This document shows, one piece after another, positions 23,570 through 36,792 of a DNA stretch of 64,000 bases. The DNA is from an uncultured Coriobacteriia bacterium. GTDB taxonomy: Bacteria > Actinomycetota > Coriobacteriia > Anaerosomatales > PALSA-660. The translations under genes and the position numbers were made by a program. The number at the start of each line of letters is the position of its first letter. Position 1 is the first letter of the stretch. Location of the stretch: assembly GCA_963726435.1 (NCBI GenBank), contig CAVSCJ010000001.1:18786-82785 (forward strand), read 5' to 3'. The notes under the pieces are model-generated. The model did not search any database and was not told the DNA's origin. It saw only the letters and a list, made by a program, of their open reading frames with translations.

Positions 23570-24372
23570 AGCATCACCCCGACTGCAACGAGCAAGGCGG
23601 CGGCGATCAGCATGGTGCTCCAATCGGAGGCACGCATCCGCGCCTCCACCAGCCGTGTCCGCCCCTCACTCCCCCGATAGCAGCGGGCTTCCATCGCCGT
23701 GGCCAGCGCGTCGGCCCTCCGGAACAGCTGGAAGAACAGGGGCACCAGAACGGGCGCGTACGCGCGCACACGAGCGATGGGGCCGCCCGCGTCGAAGGAC
23801 GCACCGCGTGCCTGCTGGGCCGTCATGATCTGCTCGGCCTCCTCCGCGGTAGTGGGTATGAAGCGCAGCGCGATGGTCAGGGTCATCGCGAGGTCGCCCA
23901 CGGGCACCCCCACGTACTTCAGCGGCGCCATAGCGCGCTCGATGCCACCCGCCAGTTGCAGCGGGCCGGTTGTGAGGGTCAGAAGCGAGGTACCGGTCAC
24001 CAGGAGCATGATCCGGATAGCGAAGAAGGCGCCCCTTCTCAGCCCTTCGCCGTCGACCGCGAGCGGACCGAGGCGCGCCAGGGCCTCCGCGGGCTGCCAC
24101 CTAAAGGCGTTGGCGGCGATGGTCAGCACCATGATCACGGCGACCGCCTTCAGCCCTCGCGCGACCGCGCTCGGGGGCACGTGGGAGACGATCGTCGCTG
24201 CGGCGACGGCTCCCGCAAGCACGGCCAAGCCGACGAACCCGGGAAGCCGTTCGTCCAGCATGAACAGCGCGAGGGTGAACGCGGCGACCACTCCTATCTT
24301 GGCTGCGGCGTCGAGTCGGTGGAGGGGCGACTCACCGGGAACGTACTGGCCTATCCCTGTGATGCGTCTCAT
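23566..24372 (-). CDS. ecfT: ECF transporter transmembrane component T
   Basis: GQYVPG.S.LHRLD, IALRFIP, AMEARCY. Confidence 0.92.
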   Translation of the reverse strand: MRRITGIGQYVPGESPLHRLDAAAKIGVVAAFTLALFMLDERLPGFVGLAVLAGAVAAATIVSHVPPSAVARGLKAVAVIMVLTIAANAFRWQPAEALARLGPLAVDGEGLRRGAFFAIRIMLLVTGTSLLTLTTGPLQLAGGIERAMAPLKYVGVPVGDLAMTLTIALRFIPTTAEEAEQIMTAQQARGASFDAGGPIARVRAYAPVLVPLFFQLFRRADALATAMEARCYRGSEGRTRLVEARMRASDWSTMLIAAALLVAVGVML

Positions 24373-25226
24373 GCGGGATCGCTCGTCCCGGCTCTCAGCG
24401 CACCTGCCAGCAGGTCGGCAGCGGCCTCCACGTCGAGAGTGAGCGCTCCGGCCGGCGCCCGCCCGCCCGCACGCGCGAGCATGAGCGAACGCGGGACCTC
24501 CGGCGGATCGACGTCGCCGGCGTCGGCGAGCCGGGGGAGCGCTTCCAGCAGTTGCCGCACGTCGCCTTCGAAGACGGGGCGCCCGCCTCGCAGGGCGAGG
24601 ACGCGGTCGGCTCTAGCCAGGAACGTCTCCGCGTCGTGGGTCACGACGAGCACGCCGGCGTCCGCGCGCGCGGCCTCGATCGCAGCGCAGACCGCTTTCT
24701 TCCCGCTCGCGTCCAGACCGGCCGTCGGCTCGTCGAGCAGCAGGTAGCGCGGCCGCATGGCCAGCACGCCGGCTATGGCGGCCCGGCGTGCCTCGCCCCC
24801 CGAGAGCGACCAAGGCTCGCGAGGGCCGAACTCCTCCGGATCGAGCCCGACGGCCCAGAGGGCGGCGCGCGCGTCTCGGAGCGCCTCGTCGGGGGCGCGC
24901 CCGAGGTTCCGCGGACCGAAGGCGCAATCCTCCTCCACGGTGATCGAGAAGAACTGCGACTCGGGTCTCTGGAAGACCAGCCCCACCGCACCTCGCTCCG
25001 AGCCACGGCCGGAGGCGGGACGACCGTCGACCTCGGCGCTGCCCTGCGTCACCGGCAGGAGCCCGGCGGCGGCGCGCAGCAGAGTGGTCTTGCCTGCGCC
25101 TGTCGAGCCCACGAGAAGGACCAGATCCCCCTGCTCGAGTGTCAGTGAGACCCCGGAGAGCGCCACTGATGCCAGCGAGGTGCCGGCGGCGTACTCGCAT
25201 CTGATACCGGTGAGGATCAGTGCCAC
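24369..25226 (-). CDS. ecfA2: ECF transporter ATPase A2
   Basis: GSTGAGKT, FQRPESQ, LSGGE, DEPTAGLD. Confidence 0.9.
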   Translation of the reverse strand: MALILTGIRCEYAAGTSLASVALSGVSLTLEQGDLVLLVGSTGAGKTTLLRAAAGLLPVTQGSAEVDGRPASGRGSERGAVGLVFQRPESQFFSITVEEDCAFGPRNLGRAPDEALRDARAALWAVGLDPEEFGPREPWSLSGGEARRAAIAGVLAMRPRYLLLDEPTAGLDASGKKAVCAAIEAARADAGVLVVTHDAETFLARADRVLALRGGRPVFEGDVRQLLEALPRLADAGDVDPPEVPRSLMLARAGGRAPAGALTLDVEAAADLLAGALRAGTSDPA

Positions 25227-26032
25227 AGCGCGTCCACCACGCCCTCGGCGTCCGCAACGGCCACCGGAACGTCGAACCCCCGCCTGCGCAGCGCCGCGGC
25301 CAGACGCGCAGCGGGAGGCAGTGCGAGTCCTACCCTCTCCATCAGAGACGCATCGCCAAGCAAACCCTCGGGCGGGCCGTCGAACACGACGCCCCCGGCC
25401 GCGAGGCCGATGACACGATCGGCCCGAGTGACGCCCGCCGTGTCGTGAGAGACGATCAGGACGCCGTGACCGTCGTCGTGGGCGAGGCGGCTGGCTATCT
25501 CGAGCACGGACCGGCGACCCACCGCGTCGAGCATCGCGGTCGGCTCGTCGAAGACCAGGTATCGGGGAAGCATGGCGAGCGCGCCGGCCACGGCGAGCCG
25601 CTGCTTCTGCCCCTCGGAGAGCAGGTGCGGCTCCCTGCGCTCGTACCCGTCGAGGGCGACGGCATGAAGGGCGGCGTCGACGCGTTCGCGGATCTCCGCG
25701 CTCGGCAGCCCGACGTTCTCCGGTCCGAACGCGCAATCCTCCTCCACGACCGTGCCGACTATCTGGTCGTCGGGATCCTGGAACACCATCCCAACTAGCG
25801 ACCGCACGGTCCACAGCGATCCGGGATCGGCAGTGTCGAGCCCGTCCACGAGCACCCTGCCCTCTGAAGGCACGAGCAGGCCGTCGCACAGTAGGGCCAG
25901 GGTCGACTTGCCGCTCCCGTTCGCGCCGACTACGGCGACGAGCTCCCCTCGCTCCAGTGTCAGCGAGACGCGGTCGAGCGCGAGCGGCGCGCCGGGGCGA
26001 TATCGGAAGGAAGCGGACTCGAAGACGATCAC
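25217..26032 (-). CDS. ecfA1: ECF transporter ATPase A1
   Basis: GANGSGKST, FQDPDDQ, LSEGQKQR, DEPTAMLD. Confidence 0.9.
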   Translation of the reverse strand: MIVFESASFRYRPGAPLALDRVSLTLERGELVAVVGANGSGKSTLALLCDGLLVPSEGRVLVDGLDTADPGSLWTVRSLVGMVFQDPDDQIVGTVVEEDCAFGPENVGLPSAEIRERVDAALHAVALDGYERREPHLLSEGQKQRLAVAGALAMLPRYLVFDEPTAMLDAVGRRSVLEIASRLAHDDGHGVLIVSHDTAGVTRADRVIGLAAGGVVFDGPPEGLLGDASLMERVGLALPPAARLAAALRRRGFDVPVAVADAEGVVDALWH

Positions 26033-26140
26033 TCGGGCAGCAGGTCCCTTCATGCAGCGGGAGGGCCGGCACAGATGCGCGGCCCTCCCGAGATAGTACC
26101 TTGCCCCGACGCCTGTCACGAGCCGCCGGGCGCGATGCGC

Positions 26141-26533
26141 CTAGTCCACAAGCTCCATGATCACCATCGGAGCGTTGTCACCCTTGCGCGGACCGAGCTT
26201 AAGGATGCGCGTGTAGCCGCCCTCACGCTCCGCGAAGCGCGGCGCGATGTCGTGGATCACGCGGTAGGACACTTCAAGGTCCTGCTTGCCCGTGGCCGGG
26301 TTCACGACCTTCTTCTCCCCGCCGAGTGCTGCGATGATCAGGCGGCGCGAGTGCACGTCGCCGCGCTTGCCCCAGGTGATGATCCGGTCGACGAGCCCCC
26401 GGACCTCCTTGGCGCGCGTCTCGGTCGTCTTGATGCGCTCGTTCACGAGCAGCGCAAGGGCCAGACTGCGCAGGATGGCCTTGGTGTGGCTCGCGTCGCT
26501 ACCGAGCGCACGCCCCTTCTTCAGGTGTCGCAT
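26141..26533 (-). CDS. rplQ: 50S ribosomal protein L17
   Basis: MRH, IKTT..AKE, GGYTRI, RKGDNA. Confidence 0.97.
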   Translation of the reverse strand: MRHLKKGRALGSDASHTKAILRSLALALLVNERIKTTETRAKEVRGLVDRIITWGKRGDVHSRRLIIAALGGEKKVVNPATGKQDLEVSYRVIHDIAPRFAEREGGYTRILKLGPRKGDNAPMVIMELVD

Positions 26534-26552
26534 GTGCTTTCCGTCTCTCCTT

Positions 26553-27491
26553 CTAGCCTTTGAGCCCCAAGCCCATCTGCTGAAGCTTGTCCTTCACTTC
26601 TTCGATGGACTTGGCGCCGAAGTTTCGGATGTTGAGAAGATCGGCCTCAGTGCACTCGGCCAGCTGGCCGATCGTGTTCACGCCTTGGCGCTTGAGGCAG
26701 TTGAACGAGCGCACGGTCAGGTCGAGGTCCTCGATAGGAGTGTCGAGTGGACCGGCCGCGTCGGCGGGCGTCTCGTCGAACGTGATCCCGAGCTCCGCCC
26801 CGCTCTGGTTCTCGAAGAGCATCATGTGGTCGTTGATGATCTTGGCGGCAGCCCTGACGGCCTCCCCCGGGTCGACCGCCCCGTTGGTCTCCAGCTCGAC
26901 GATGAGCTTGTCGTAGTCCGTGCGCTGGCCGACGCGGGTGTTCTCCACGAGGTAGGTGCAGCGGACCACCGGGCTGAACAGCGAGTCGATCGTGATGACC
27001 CCCAGCGGGTCGTCGCTGCGCTTGTTGCGGTCGGCCGACACGTAGCCCCGGCCGACCTCGATGCGCATGGACATCTCGAGTTTGGCGCCCTTGTCCAGGG
27101 TCGCGATGACCGCCTCCGGGTTGACGAGCTCGAACTCGGACGGGATGGCAAGATCGGCTCCGGTCACAGTCTTCGGGCCGGTGGCCGAGAGCGTGGCGAC
27201 CGCATCCGAGATGTCGTCCGGGCCGCCGTTGGAGCGGAACACCAGCTGCTTCACGTTCAGCACGACGTCCGTGACGTCCTCGCGGACGCCCTTGATCGCG
27301 GTGAACTCGTGGTGAACGCCTTCGATGCGGATCGACGTCGCGGCCGCGCCTTGGAGCGACGAGAGCAACACCCGGCGCATGCAGTTGCCCAGGGTGTAGC
27401 CGAAACCACGCTCGAGCGGCTCCGCGACGTACCTCGCGGTGCGCGGGTCGATCTGCACGTCCGAGACGGTCGGCTTCATGAAACCTGTCAT
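26553..27491 (-). CDS. rpoA: RNA polymerase alpha subunit
   Basis: EPLERGFGYTLGN, LTVRSFNCLKR, NFGAKS. Confidence 0.98.
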   Translation of the reverse strand: MTGFMKPTVSDVQIDPRTARYVAEPLERGFGYTLGNCMRRVLLSSLQGAAATSIRIEGVHHEFTAIKGVREDVTDVVLNVKQLVFRSNGGPDDISDAVATLSATGPKTVTGADLAIPSEFELVNPEAVIATLDKGAKLEMSMRIEVGRGYVSADRNKRSDDPLGVITIDSLFSPVVRCTYLVENTRVGQRTDYDKLIVELETNGAVDPGEAVRAAAKIINDHMMLFENQSGAELGITFDETPADAAGPLDTPIEDLDLTVRSFNCLKRQGVNTIGQLAECTEADLLNIRNFGAKSIEEVKDKLQQMGLGLKG

Positions 27492-27529
27492 CTACCTGCC
27501 TCCTTGGCGGGATGAGAGAAATGCGCCGG

Positions 27530-28156
27530 TTACTTCGAGTAGAGCTCGACGATGAGCTGCTCACGCACCGGCAGATCGATCTGGTCGCGGGTCGGCAGCG
27601 CCAGGACCTTGCCCTGGAGCTTCTCGACGTCCACTTGAAGCCAAGCGGGGACCTCGATCCGGGCCGACGAGATGATCGCGGCCTTGACCACGGACATCTC
27701 CTTCGCCTTGGGGGCCACCGATACCGTGTCGCCAGGGCGTACCCGGTACGAGGGGACGTTCACCCTCTTGTCGTTGACCATGATGTGGTTGTGGCGGACG
27801 GTCTGCCTCGCCTCATCACGCGACGCTGCGAAGCCGAGACGGTAGACGACGTTGTCGAGCCTGCTCTCCAGCAGGCGCAGCAGGTTCTCGCCCGACTTGC
27901 CCTGCTGGCGACTGGCGAGCTCGTAGTACGTCCTGAACTGCTTCTCCAAGACGCCGTAGGAGCGCTTGGCCTTCTGCTTCTCACGCAGCTGCACGCGGTA
28001 CTCGCTGTCGCGGGGGCGCTTGCGGCCGGCCTGGCCGGGCGGGAACGGGCGGCGCTCGACGCCGCACTTGTCGCTGTAGCAGCGATCGCCCTTCAGGAAC
28101 AGTTTGATGCCCTCACGACGGCAGAGGCGGCAGTCCGCGCCTGTGTAACGTGCCAA
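27530..28156 (-). CDS. rpsD: 30S ribosomal protein S4
   Basis: [29 protein letters not shown]. Confidence 0.98.
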   Translation of the reverse strand: MARYTGADCRLCRREGIKLFLKGDRCYSDKCGVERRPFPPGQAGRKRPRDSEYRVQLREKQKAKRSYGVLEKQFRTYYELASRQQGKSGENLLRLLESRLDNVVYRLGFAASRDEARQTVRHNHIMVNDKRVNVPSYRVRPGDTVSVAPKAKEMSVVKAAIISSARIEVPAWLQVDVEKLQGKVLALPTRDQIDLPVREQLIVELYSK

Positions 28157-28180
28157 CTTGGGATCCCTCCTAGAAGAGGA

Positions 28181-28588
28181 CTAGACGCGGCGGCGCTTGC
28201 GCGGCCGGCAGCCGTTGTGTGGTATGGGCGTGCAGTCCTGGATGCTTGCGATCTCGAGCCCCGTGGCCTGCAGAGAACGGATGGCGGTCTCGCGGCCTGA
28301 ACCGGGGCCCTTCACGAACACGGACACCTTGCGCATGCCGTGCTCCATGGCGTCCTTCGCGCACTGCTCGGCCGCCAGTTGCGCGGCGAACGGCGTCGAC
28401 TTGCGGGAGCCCTTGAACCCGACCTGACCCGCGCTGCGCCACGTGATGACGTTGCCGGCCGGGTCGGTGATCGAGATGATCGTGTTGTTGAACGTGGACT
28501 TGATGTGAGCCTGACCCACGGCGATGTTCTTGCGCTCGCTGCGCTTGACGCGGGTCTTTGCTGCCTTCTTCTTCGGGGCGGCTGCCAT
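28181..28588 (-). CDS. rpsK: 30S ribosomal protein S11
   Basis: [21 protein letters not shown]. Confidence 0.98.
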   Translation of the reverse strand: MAAAPKKKAAKTRVKRSERKNIAVGQAHIKSTFNNTIISITDPAGNVITWRSAGQVGFKGSRKSTPFAAQLAAEQCAKDAMEHGMRKVSVFVKGPGSGRETAIRSLQATGLEIASIQDCTPIPHNGCRPRKRRRV

Positions 28589-28590
28589 CG

Positions 28591-28968
28591 CTACTTACCT
28601 GCCTTCTTCTTTGCGCCGATCTGGCGACGCGGGCCCTTGCGGGTGCGCGCGTTGGTATGGGTCCGCTGTCCGCGGACCGGCAGGCCCCTGCGATGGCGAA
28701 GGCCGCGGTAGCAGCCGATCTCCATGAGTCGCTTGATGTTCTGGCTGACCTCGCGACGAAGGTCGCCTTCGACCTTCAGGCTGCGATCGATGTACTCGCG
28801 GAGGCGGACGACCTCCTCTTCGGTCAGGTTGCGTACGCGCGTGTCCGGGTTGATGCCCGTCTCACGCAGGATCTTCTGGCTCGTCGTGAGACCGATCCCG
28901 AAGATGTAAGTGAGGCCGATCTCCACGCGCTTCTCGCGCGGAAGGTCGACGCCGGTTATGCGTGCCAA
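28591..28968 (-). CDS. rpsM: 30S ribosomal protein S13
   Basis: [26 protein letters not shown]. Confidence 0.98.
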   Translation of the reverse strand: MARITGVDLPREKRVEIGLTYIFGIGLTTSQKILRETGINPDTRVRNLTEEEVVRLREYIDRSLKVEGDLRREVSQNIKRLMEIGCYRGLRHRRGLPVRGQRTHTNARTRKGPRRQIGAKKKAGK

Positions 28969-28993
28969 GGTTCTATCTCCTCCGGGGTCGGGA

Positions 28994-29107
28994 CTAGCCC
29001 TGCCGCTGCTTGTGGCGCGGGTTCTCGCAGATCACGAGCACGCGTCCGTGGCGGCGGATGATCTTGCACTTCTCGCAGATCCTCTTGACAGAGGGTCGTA
29101 CCTTCAT
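28994..29107 (-). CDS. rpmJ: 50S ribosomal protein L36
   Basis: Manual translation [37 protein letters not shown]. Confidence 0.97.
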   Translation of the reverse strand: MKVRPSVKRICEKCKIIRRHGRVLVICENPRHKQRQG

Positions 29108-29184
29108 CTGCCGTTCCCTTCACAAGTCGTTCGCTCTATGTTCACACCCAGCCGCAGGTGCTTCTTTGCCATGGAGTGCAAACA

Positions 29185-29205
29185 AACGCCGCCGGGCGTG
29201 TCCTT
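29185..29205 (-). promoter_or_regulatory. Copy of the 21-bp motif upstream of rpmJ
   Basis: AAGGACACGCCCGGCGGCGTT; no convincing -35/-10 pair adjacent. Confidence 0.45.
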
Positions 29206-29240
29206 GCTTCCTCCCCGGTGGCGGGTCGAGCGGGTCATAG

Positions 29241-29462
29241 CTACTTGTAGCGATAGGTGATTCGGCCCCGCGTCAGATCGTAGGGAGACAGTTCGACGAC
29301 CACCTTGTCGCCGGGCAGGATGCGGATGTAGTGCATCCTCATCTTGCCCGAGATGTGAGCAAGCACTTTGTGGCCGTTCTCCAGCTCAACGCGGAACATG
29401 GCGTTGGGGAGAGGTTCGGCTACGGTGCCTTCCATCTCTATGGCGTCGCCGTTCTTTGCCAA
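29241..29462 (-). CDS. infA: Translation initiation factor IF-1
   Basis: [23 protein letters not shown]; TTG start. Confidence 0.97.
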   Translation of the reverse strand: MAKNGDAIEMEGTVAEPLPNAMFRVELENGHKVLAHISGKMRMHYIRILPGDKVVVELSPYDLTRGRITYRYK

Positions 29463-29545
29463 ACAAGGTCTCCTTCTACAGGCGGGACGTGAAGCCGCAA
29501 ACGGGGAGTATACCAACACGCGCTCTCATCGTCCAGCCGGAGCGG

Positions 29546-30292
<747 letters not shown>

Positions 30293-30300
30293 GGGCTCGC

Positions 30301-30951
30301 TCAGGCCTTCGCGCGCAGGATGGCCGTGACATCAGCGTACACGTCGTCTGCCGGACGGTTGCCGTCGACGGTCCTCAGCAGGCCTTGGGCCTCGTAGTAG
30401 GGCACCAGCGCGGAGGTGACGGCATCGTAGTCGTCGAGGCGCTTGGTGGCCGCCGCAACCGTGTCGTCGTCGCGCTGATAGACCTCGCTGCCGCAGACGT
30501 CGCAGACGTTCTCAGTCGCAGGCATCTCGCCCAGAACGTTGTAGATCTTGCCGCACTTACGGCACTGACGGCGCGCGGTGAGGCGCCTCATCAGCACGTC
30601 GCGCGGCACCTCGATCGCGATGACCGCGTCGAGGTGAGTGCCCATCGATCCCAGCGCCGCGTCGAGCGACTCGGCTTGCGGCAGTGTGCGAGGGAAGCCG
30701 TCGAGCATGAAGCCTTTGGCGCAGTCGGCCTGCTGCAGACGATCCTTGACCATGCGGATCACCACGTCGTCGGGAACGAGCTGCCCGGCGTCCATATAGC
30801 GCTTGGCCTCCAGCCCGAGAGGAGTCATCTCCGAGACGTTCTTGCGGAAGATGTCGCCGGTCGAGATATGCGTCAGCGAGAAGTCCTCAACCAGCCGGGC
30901 GGCCTGCGTCCCCTTGCCGGCGCCGGCTGCGCCCAGAAGCACGATGTTCAT
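30301..30951 (-). CDS. adk: Adenylate kinase (zinc lid)
   Basis: GAAGAGKGTQ, LDGFPR, CRKC..CDVC, QRDDD. Confidence 0.96.
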   Translation of the reverse strand: MNIVLLGAAGAGKGTQAARLVEDFSLTHISTGDIFRKNVSEMTPLGLEAKRYMDAGQLVPDDVVIRMVKDRLQQADCAKGFMLDGFPRTLPQAESLDAALGSMGTHLDAVIAIEVPRDVLMRRLTARRQCRKCGKIYNVLGEMPATENVCDVCGSEVYQRDDDTVAAATKRLDDYDAVTSALVPYYEAQGLLRTVDGNRPADDVYADVTAILRAKA

Positions 30952-31048
30952 GCCCACCCTCCTCGTACTCTGATCTCCGATGTCACGCCGGGCGGGACCC
31001 GGAAGCCCCCGAGTCCCGCCCCGCGGTGGTGCCGAGCCCAATCTCTCC

Positions 31049-32347
<1,299 letters not shown>

Positions 32348-32349
32348 GG

Positions 32350-32790
32350 CTACTCGACCGTCCCGCCCGCAGCCTCGATCTTGGCCTTCGCCGTGGCGGA
32401 GACCTTCTGCACCTTCACTGTCAGCTTGCGGGTCAGCTCGCCGTCACCGAGGACCTTCACCACGGCGTCGACGGACTTGACGACGCCCTTGGCCTTCAGG
32501 CTCTCCACGTCGACGGTGTCCCCGTCGGCGAACAGACCTTCGAGGCGGGCGACGTTGACGACGTCGTACTCCTGACGCCAGCGGTTCGTGAAGCCGGGGA
32601 GCTTCGGCAGGCGCATCGCGAGCGGGTTCTGGCCGCCCTCGAAGCCGGGGCCCTTGCCCCCGCCTGCGCGGGAGTTCTGGCCCTTGTCGCCGCGACCGGC
32701 TGTGCTGCCGTGGCCGCTCCCGTTGCCGCGTCCGACACGCTTGCGCTTCTTTGTCGACCCGGGGGCCGGTGAGAGATCGTGCAACTGCAT
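32350..32790 (-). CDS. rplO: 50S ribosomal protein L15
   Basis: RVGRG.GSG, GFEGGQ.P. Confidence 0.97.
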   Translation of the reverse strand: MQLHDLSPAPGSTKKRKRVGRGNGSGHGSTAGRGDKGQNSRAGGGKGPGFEGGQNPLAMRLPKLPGFTNRWRQEYDVVNVARLEGLFADGDTVDVESLKAKGVVKSVDAVVKVLGDGELTRKLTVKVQKVSATAKAKIEAAGGTVE

Positions 32791-32885
32791 GTTCGTTCTC
32801 CTTCTTCTTCGCCACCGGCCCTCGTGCGTGCGGGACCCGGTCGCCGGCCGCTCGCCGCCGGCGGACTGGACTCGAGCTTGTAGCG

Positions 32886-33080
32886 CTAGATCTCCTCGAC
32901 CTTCACCAGGTGCCTGACCTTGTGGATCATGCCGCGGATGGCGGGTGTGTCCGCCTGCTCCACGGTGTCGTGCATGCGCTTGATCCCCAGGGCGCGTACG
33001 GTCCTCCGCTGGTCGCGGGCGAGCCCGATCCCGCTTCGCACCTGGGTGATCCGGAGCGTCTTGGCACTCTCCTTCGCCAC
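32886..33080 (-). CDS. rpmD: 50S ribosomal protein L30
   Basis: [21 protein letters not shown]. Confidence 0.95.
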   Translation of the reverse strand: MAKESAKTLRITQVRSGIGLARDQRRTVRALGIKRMHDTVEQADTPAIRGMIHKVRHLVKVEEI

Positions 33081-33082
33081 AG

Positions 33083-33592
33083 CTACTCCTCCCAACCGTA
33101 GACCTGGCCCACCGTCTTGCCGCGACGCCGGGCGATGGTGCTGGCGGCCGCCAAGGACTGGAGTCCCTGAGCGGCGGCCTTGACCATGTTCAGAGCGTTG
33201 TCACTCCCGAGCGACTTCGACAGGACGTCGGTGATGCCGGCCAGCTCGAGAAGGGCGCGCACCGGACCGCCGGCGATGATCCCGGTACCAGGCGAGGCCG
33301 GCTTGAGCATGACGCGACCGGCGCCGAAGCGACCCATCACGGCGTGCGGGATCGTCCCTTCGCTCATCGGGAACTTGAACATGTTCTTCTTCGCGTCCTC
33401 GACGCCCTTCTTGATGGCCACCGGGACCTCAGCGGACTTGCCCATGCCGACGCCCACGTTGCCCTTGCCGTCACCGACCACAACGAGCGCGGTCAGCGAG
33501 AACCTCCGGCCTCCCTTGACGACTTTGGAGACCCGGTTGATGTAGACGACCTTCTCCTGAAGCTCCGAGACCGGAGCGATGTTGCGTGCCAT
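33083..33592 (-). CDS. rpsE: 30S ribosomal protein S5
   Basis: [18 protein letters not shown]. Confidence 0.98.
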   Translation of the reverse strand: MARNIAPVSELQEKVVYINRVSKVVKGGRRFSLTALVVVGDGKGNVGVGMGKSAEVPVAIKKGVEDAKKNMFKFPMSEGTIPHAVMGRFGAGRVMLKPASPGTGIIAGGPVRALLELAGITDVLSKSLGSDNALNMVKAAAQGLQSLAAASTIARRRGKTVGQVYGWEE

Positions 33593-33609
33593 TGTTGAGA
33601 TCGTCCTCT

Positions 33610-33978
33610 CTAGAACGTCAGCCCGGCCTCGCGGGCGCCGTCGGCCAGGGCCTTCACGCGACCGTGATACAGGCGGCCGCCGCGGTCGAACACGACCTCG
33701 GTCACGCCCTTGTCCAGAGCGCGCTTGCCTATCGCCTTGCCGACAGCGGCCGCCGCGGCGACATTGCTGCCGCTCTTGACGGAGGCCCTGACCTCGGCGT
33801 CGAGCGTCGACGCCGACGATATGGTCGTGCCGGTCACGTCGTCAATGAGCTGCGCGTAGATCTGCGCGTTGCTGCGCGTCACCCTCAGCCGCGGCCGAGC
33901 GGCGGTGCCATGCACCTTGCCGCGGACCCGGCGCTGACGGCGAGCGAGCTTGAACGCCTTTGCCTTCAGGTTGTCCAT
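33610..33978 (-). CDS. rplR: 50S ribosomal protein L18
   Basis: RPRL, FDRGG..YHGRV, AREAGL.F. Confidence 0.97.
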   Translation of the reverse strand: MDNLKAKAFKLARRQRRVRGKVHGTAARPRLRVTRSNAQIYAQLIDDVTGTTISSASTLDAEVRASVKSGSNVAAAAAVGKAIGKRALDKGVTEVVFDRGGRLYHGRVKALADGAREAGLTF

Positions 33979-33994
33979 TTGCCCTTCAGCCCTT

Positions 33995-34531
33995 CTACTT
34001 CGCCGTCTTGCCGAGCTTGCGACGTACGTGCTCGCCCTCGTACCGGACTCCCTTGCCCTTATAGGGCTCGGGCTTGCGCCACTTGCGGATCTCGGCAGCG
34101 ACCTGTCCGACGCGCTGCTTGTCGATGCCGCTCACCGTGATCCTGGTCGGGGCCGGGACCTCGAACGTGATGCCCTCCGGCGCCTTGACCAGAACCGGGT
34201 GGCTGAAGCCCAGCGCGAGCTGGATGTCGCTCCCCTTGAGCTCGGCGCGGTAGCCTACGCCCACGATCTCAAGGTTCTTGTGGAAGCCCTCCGACACGCC
34301 CGCGACCATGTTGGCCAGCAGAGTGCGCGTCAGACCGTGCAGCGAACGGTGGCCTCGCTCGTCGCTCGGGCGCGCGACCGTGAGGAGCCCATCCTCCAGC
34401 GTCAGCGCCATGTCCTCGTTGAACGTCTGGGTCAGCGACCCCTTCGGCCCCTTCACGGTGACCGTCGATCCATCTATCTGCACCTCGACCCCGGACGGGA
34501 TCGGGATGGGCTGCTTGCCGATTCGAGACAC
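33995..34531 (-). CDS. rplF: 50S ribosomal protein L6
   Basis: [19 protein letters not shown]. Confidence 0.98.
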   Translation of the reverse strand: MSRIGKQPIPIPSGVEVQIDGSTVTVKGPKGSLTQTFNEDMALTLEDGLLTVARPSDERGHRSLHGLTRTLLANMVAGVSEGFHKNLEIVGVGYRAELKGSDIQLALGFSHPVLVKAPEGITFEVPAPTRITVSGIDKQRVGQVAAEIRKWRKPEPYKGKGVRYEGEHVRRKLGKTAK

Positions 34532-34563
34532 GGCGATCCAGCTCCTTTCCTTGTCCTGTCCGT

Positions 34564-34962
34564 CTACCAGATGTAGGCGATGACTTCGCCGCCGACGGCG
34601 GCCTTCTTCGCGGCCTTGTCGGTCATGACGCCCGAAGACGTCGAGATGACCGCTATGCCGAGTCCGCCCAGAACGCGGGGCAGCTCGTCCTTCTTGGCAT
34701 ACACGCGCAAACCAGGCTTGCTGATCCGCCGGATGCCGGTGATGACGCGCTCACGCTTCGGTCCGTACTTGAGTTGCAGCGTCAGGGCCGCTTGGACGTC
34801 GCCCGGAACGACTTCGTAGCCGGAGATGTAGCCCTCCTCCTTGAGGATTCGGGCGATCTCCACGAGCTTCTTCGACGATGGCATGGACACCGACGTCTGG
34901 AACGCGTTGTTGGCGTTCCGGATGCGGGTCAGCATATCGGCGATCGGATCGGTCATGCTCAT
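34564..34962 (-). CDS. rpsH: 30S ribosomal protein S8
   Basis: [18 protein letters not shown]. Confidence 0.98.
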   Translation of the reverse strand: MSMTDPIADMLTRIRNANNAFQTSVSMPSSKKLVEIARILKEEGYISGYEVVPGDVQAALTLQLKYGPKRERVITGIRRISKPGLRVYAKKDELPRVLGGLGIAVISTSSGVMTDKAAKKAAVGGEVIAYIW

Positions 34963-35073
34963 CTTTGGATACCTCCTATGGTCCTGTCGTACGCCTGACA
35001 GGAGAGTGGTTCGCGCCCCCCCGTGGGTTGCGCGCCTTCCCGCCCGCCCGGCCGCGTCGGTCTGCGGCCTCTC

Positions 35074-35259
35074 CTACCAGCTTGCCTTGCGGACGCCCGG
35101 GACCTCGCCCTTGTTCGCCAACTCGCGCAGGCACACGCGGCACAGGCCGAACTGGCGATAGAAGGCACGCGGGCGACCGCAGCGATTGCACCGATGGACG
35201 CCACGGACGCCGAACTTCGGCGTGCGCTGGGCCTTCGCGATCATCGACTTCTTGGCCAC
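35074..35259 (-). CDS. rpsN: 30S ribosomal protein S14, type Z (C+)
   Basis: [21 protein letters not shown]; 61 aa. Confidence 0.96.
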   Translation of the reverse strand: MAKKSMIAKAQRTPKFGVRGVHRCNRCGRPRAFYRQFGLCRVCLRELANKGEVPGVRKASW

Positions 35260-35328
35260 TTCTACTCCCATCGAACGTCTCTGCCGCCGGGCTCCCGGGA
35301 ACGGGTGCCCTGCGGCGATACCGGATCT

Positions 35329-35871
35329 CTATTTCTTGAAGGGGAAGCCGAAGCCCTCGAGCAGGGCGCGGCACTCCTCGTCGGTATTGGCGGTGGTGAC
35401 GAACGTGATGTCCATGCCTCTGATGCGGTCGACCTTGTCGTAGTCGACCTCGGGGAATATGAGCTGCTCGTCTACTCCCATCGAGTAGTTGCCACGGCCG
35501 TCGAACGAGTCGGGGTTGATGCCGCGGAAGTCGCGGATGCGCGGGAGCGCGGTCGCGAGCAGGCGGTCCAGGAACTCCCACATGCGGTCCCCGCGGAGCG
35601 TGACCTTGGCGCCTATGGGCATGCCTTTGCGGATCTTGAAGCCCGCGATCGACTTCTTGGCGCGCGTGATCATCGGCTGCTGACCGGTGATCGTGCGCAG
35701 GTCGGCCACCGCGGAGTCGAGGAGTTTGGCGTCCTGAGAAGCGGCGCCCACCCCCATGTTGACGACGATCTTGCTGAAGCGCGGGGGCTGGTTGATGTTG
35801 CCGTACGCAAGCTCGGTCATCAGCTTCGGGACGACCTCGTTGCGGTACTTCTCTTTGAGTCTTGGGGCCAC
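35329..35871 (-). CDS. rplE: 50S ribosomal protein L5
   Basis: [20 protein letters not shown]. Confidence 0.98.
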   Translation of the reverse strand: MAPRLKEKYRNEVVPKLMTELAYGNINQPPRFSKIVVNMGVGAASQDAKLLDSAVADLRTITGQQPMITRAKKSIAGFKIRKGMPIGAKVTLRGDRMWEFLDRLLATALPRIRDFRGINPDSFDGRGNYSMGVDEQLIFPEVDYDKVDRIRGMDITFVTTANTDEECRALLEGFGFPFKK

Positions 35872-35972
35872 TTGTCTTCCTCCGGTCCTTCTTCGTTATC
35901 GCGGGCGCCGGATTCCTGACCCGGCGTCACTTGGCTCACCGCCGCTTCCAGTGCGCGACGGCTGCGTCGGTG

Positions 35973-36296
35973 CTACTTGTCGACGTCCTTGCCGCACCTC
36001 TTGCAGACCCGCACGCGAGTGCCGGCCTCGCGGCGGCGGCTGACTCGCGAAGGCTGCGAGCAGTTCGGGCAGATCAGCATCACGTTGGACACGTGCATCG
36101 TGCCCTCGTGCTGCATGATCCCGCCCTGCGGGTTCTTCTGGCTGGGGCGCGTCGCGCGCTTGACCATGTTCGCGCCCTCGACCATGACGCGCTGCTTCTC
36201 GGGGTAGGCGCGGAGCACCTTCCCCTCCTTGCCGTTGTCCTTGCCGGCTATGATGCGGACCTTGTCGCCGCGCCGGACGTGCATGGAACTCGCCAT
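35973..36296 (-). CDS. rplX: 50S ribosomal protein L24
   Basis: GDKV..IAGKD.GK, HVSNV. Confidence 0.96.
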   Translation of the reverse strand: MASSMHVRRGDKVRIIAGKDNGKEGKVLRAYPEKQRVMVEGANMVKRATRPSQKNPQGGIMQHEGTMHVSNVMLICPNCSQPSRVSRRREAGTRVRVCKRCGKDVDK

Positions 36297-36311
36297 TTGT
36301 ACGCGGCCTCC

Positions 36312-36680
36312 CTAGATGACTTCGGGCGCGAGCGACACGATCTTCATGTAGCGCTTGTCCCGCAACTCTCGCGCGACAGGACCGAAGATGCGCGTGCCGC
36401 GCGGGTTGCCCTGGTTGTCGATGATGACAGCGGCGTTGTCGTCGAACTTGATGTAGGAACCGTCGGCCCGACGGACCTCCTTCTTGCAGCGGACGACGAC
36501 CGCGCGCACGACTTCTCCCTTCTTGATCGCGCCGTTCGGGATCGCTTCCTTCACGGTCACGACGATCACGTCACCGACGCGCGCATAGCGGCGCTTGGAG
36601 CCGCCCAGCACCTTGATGCACAGCACCTGCCGTGCACCCGAGTTGTCCGCTACTTTGAGTCGGGTCTCTGCCTGGATCAT
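36312..36680 (-). CDS. rplN: 50S ribosomal protein L14
   Basis: [24 protein letters not shown]. Confidence 0.98.
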   Translation of the reverse strand: MIQAETRLKVADNSGARQVLCIKVLGGSKRRYARVGDVIVVTVKEAIPNGAIKKGEVVRAVVVRCKKEVRRADGSYIKFDDNAAVIIDNQGNPRGTRIFGPVARELRDKRYMKIVSLAPEVI

Positions 36681-36696
36681 CCTCTTGCCTTCTCCT

Positions 36697-36792
36697 GAGC
36701 GCCTCGCCGCGTCAGCGGCGGGTGCAGCCTGTCGTTCCGAGTGCCTCGCCGCGTCAGCGGTGGGCGCGCCCGTCCTTCCGAGTACCTCGACG
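36697..36792. repeat. Tandem repeat of 41-42 bp, about 2.3 copies, in the rpsQ-rplN spacer
   Basis: Units start at 36697, 36739 and 36780; GCCTCGCCGCGTCAGCGG core identical in the first two. Confidence 0.85.

Noticed and set aside
36697-36792. Possible CRISPR array
   Set aside because: The units are contiguous near-identical repeats with no unique spacers, and no cas genes are present.
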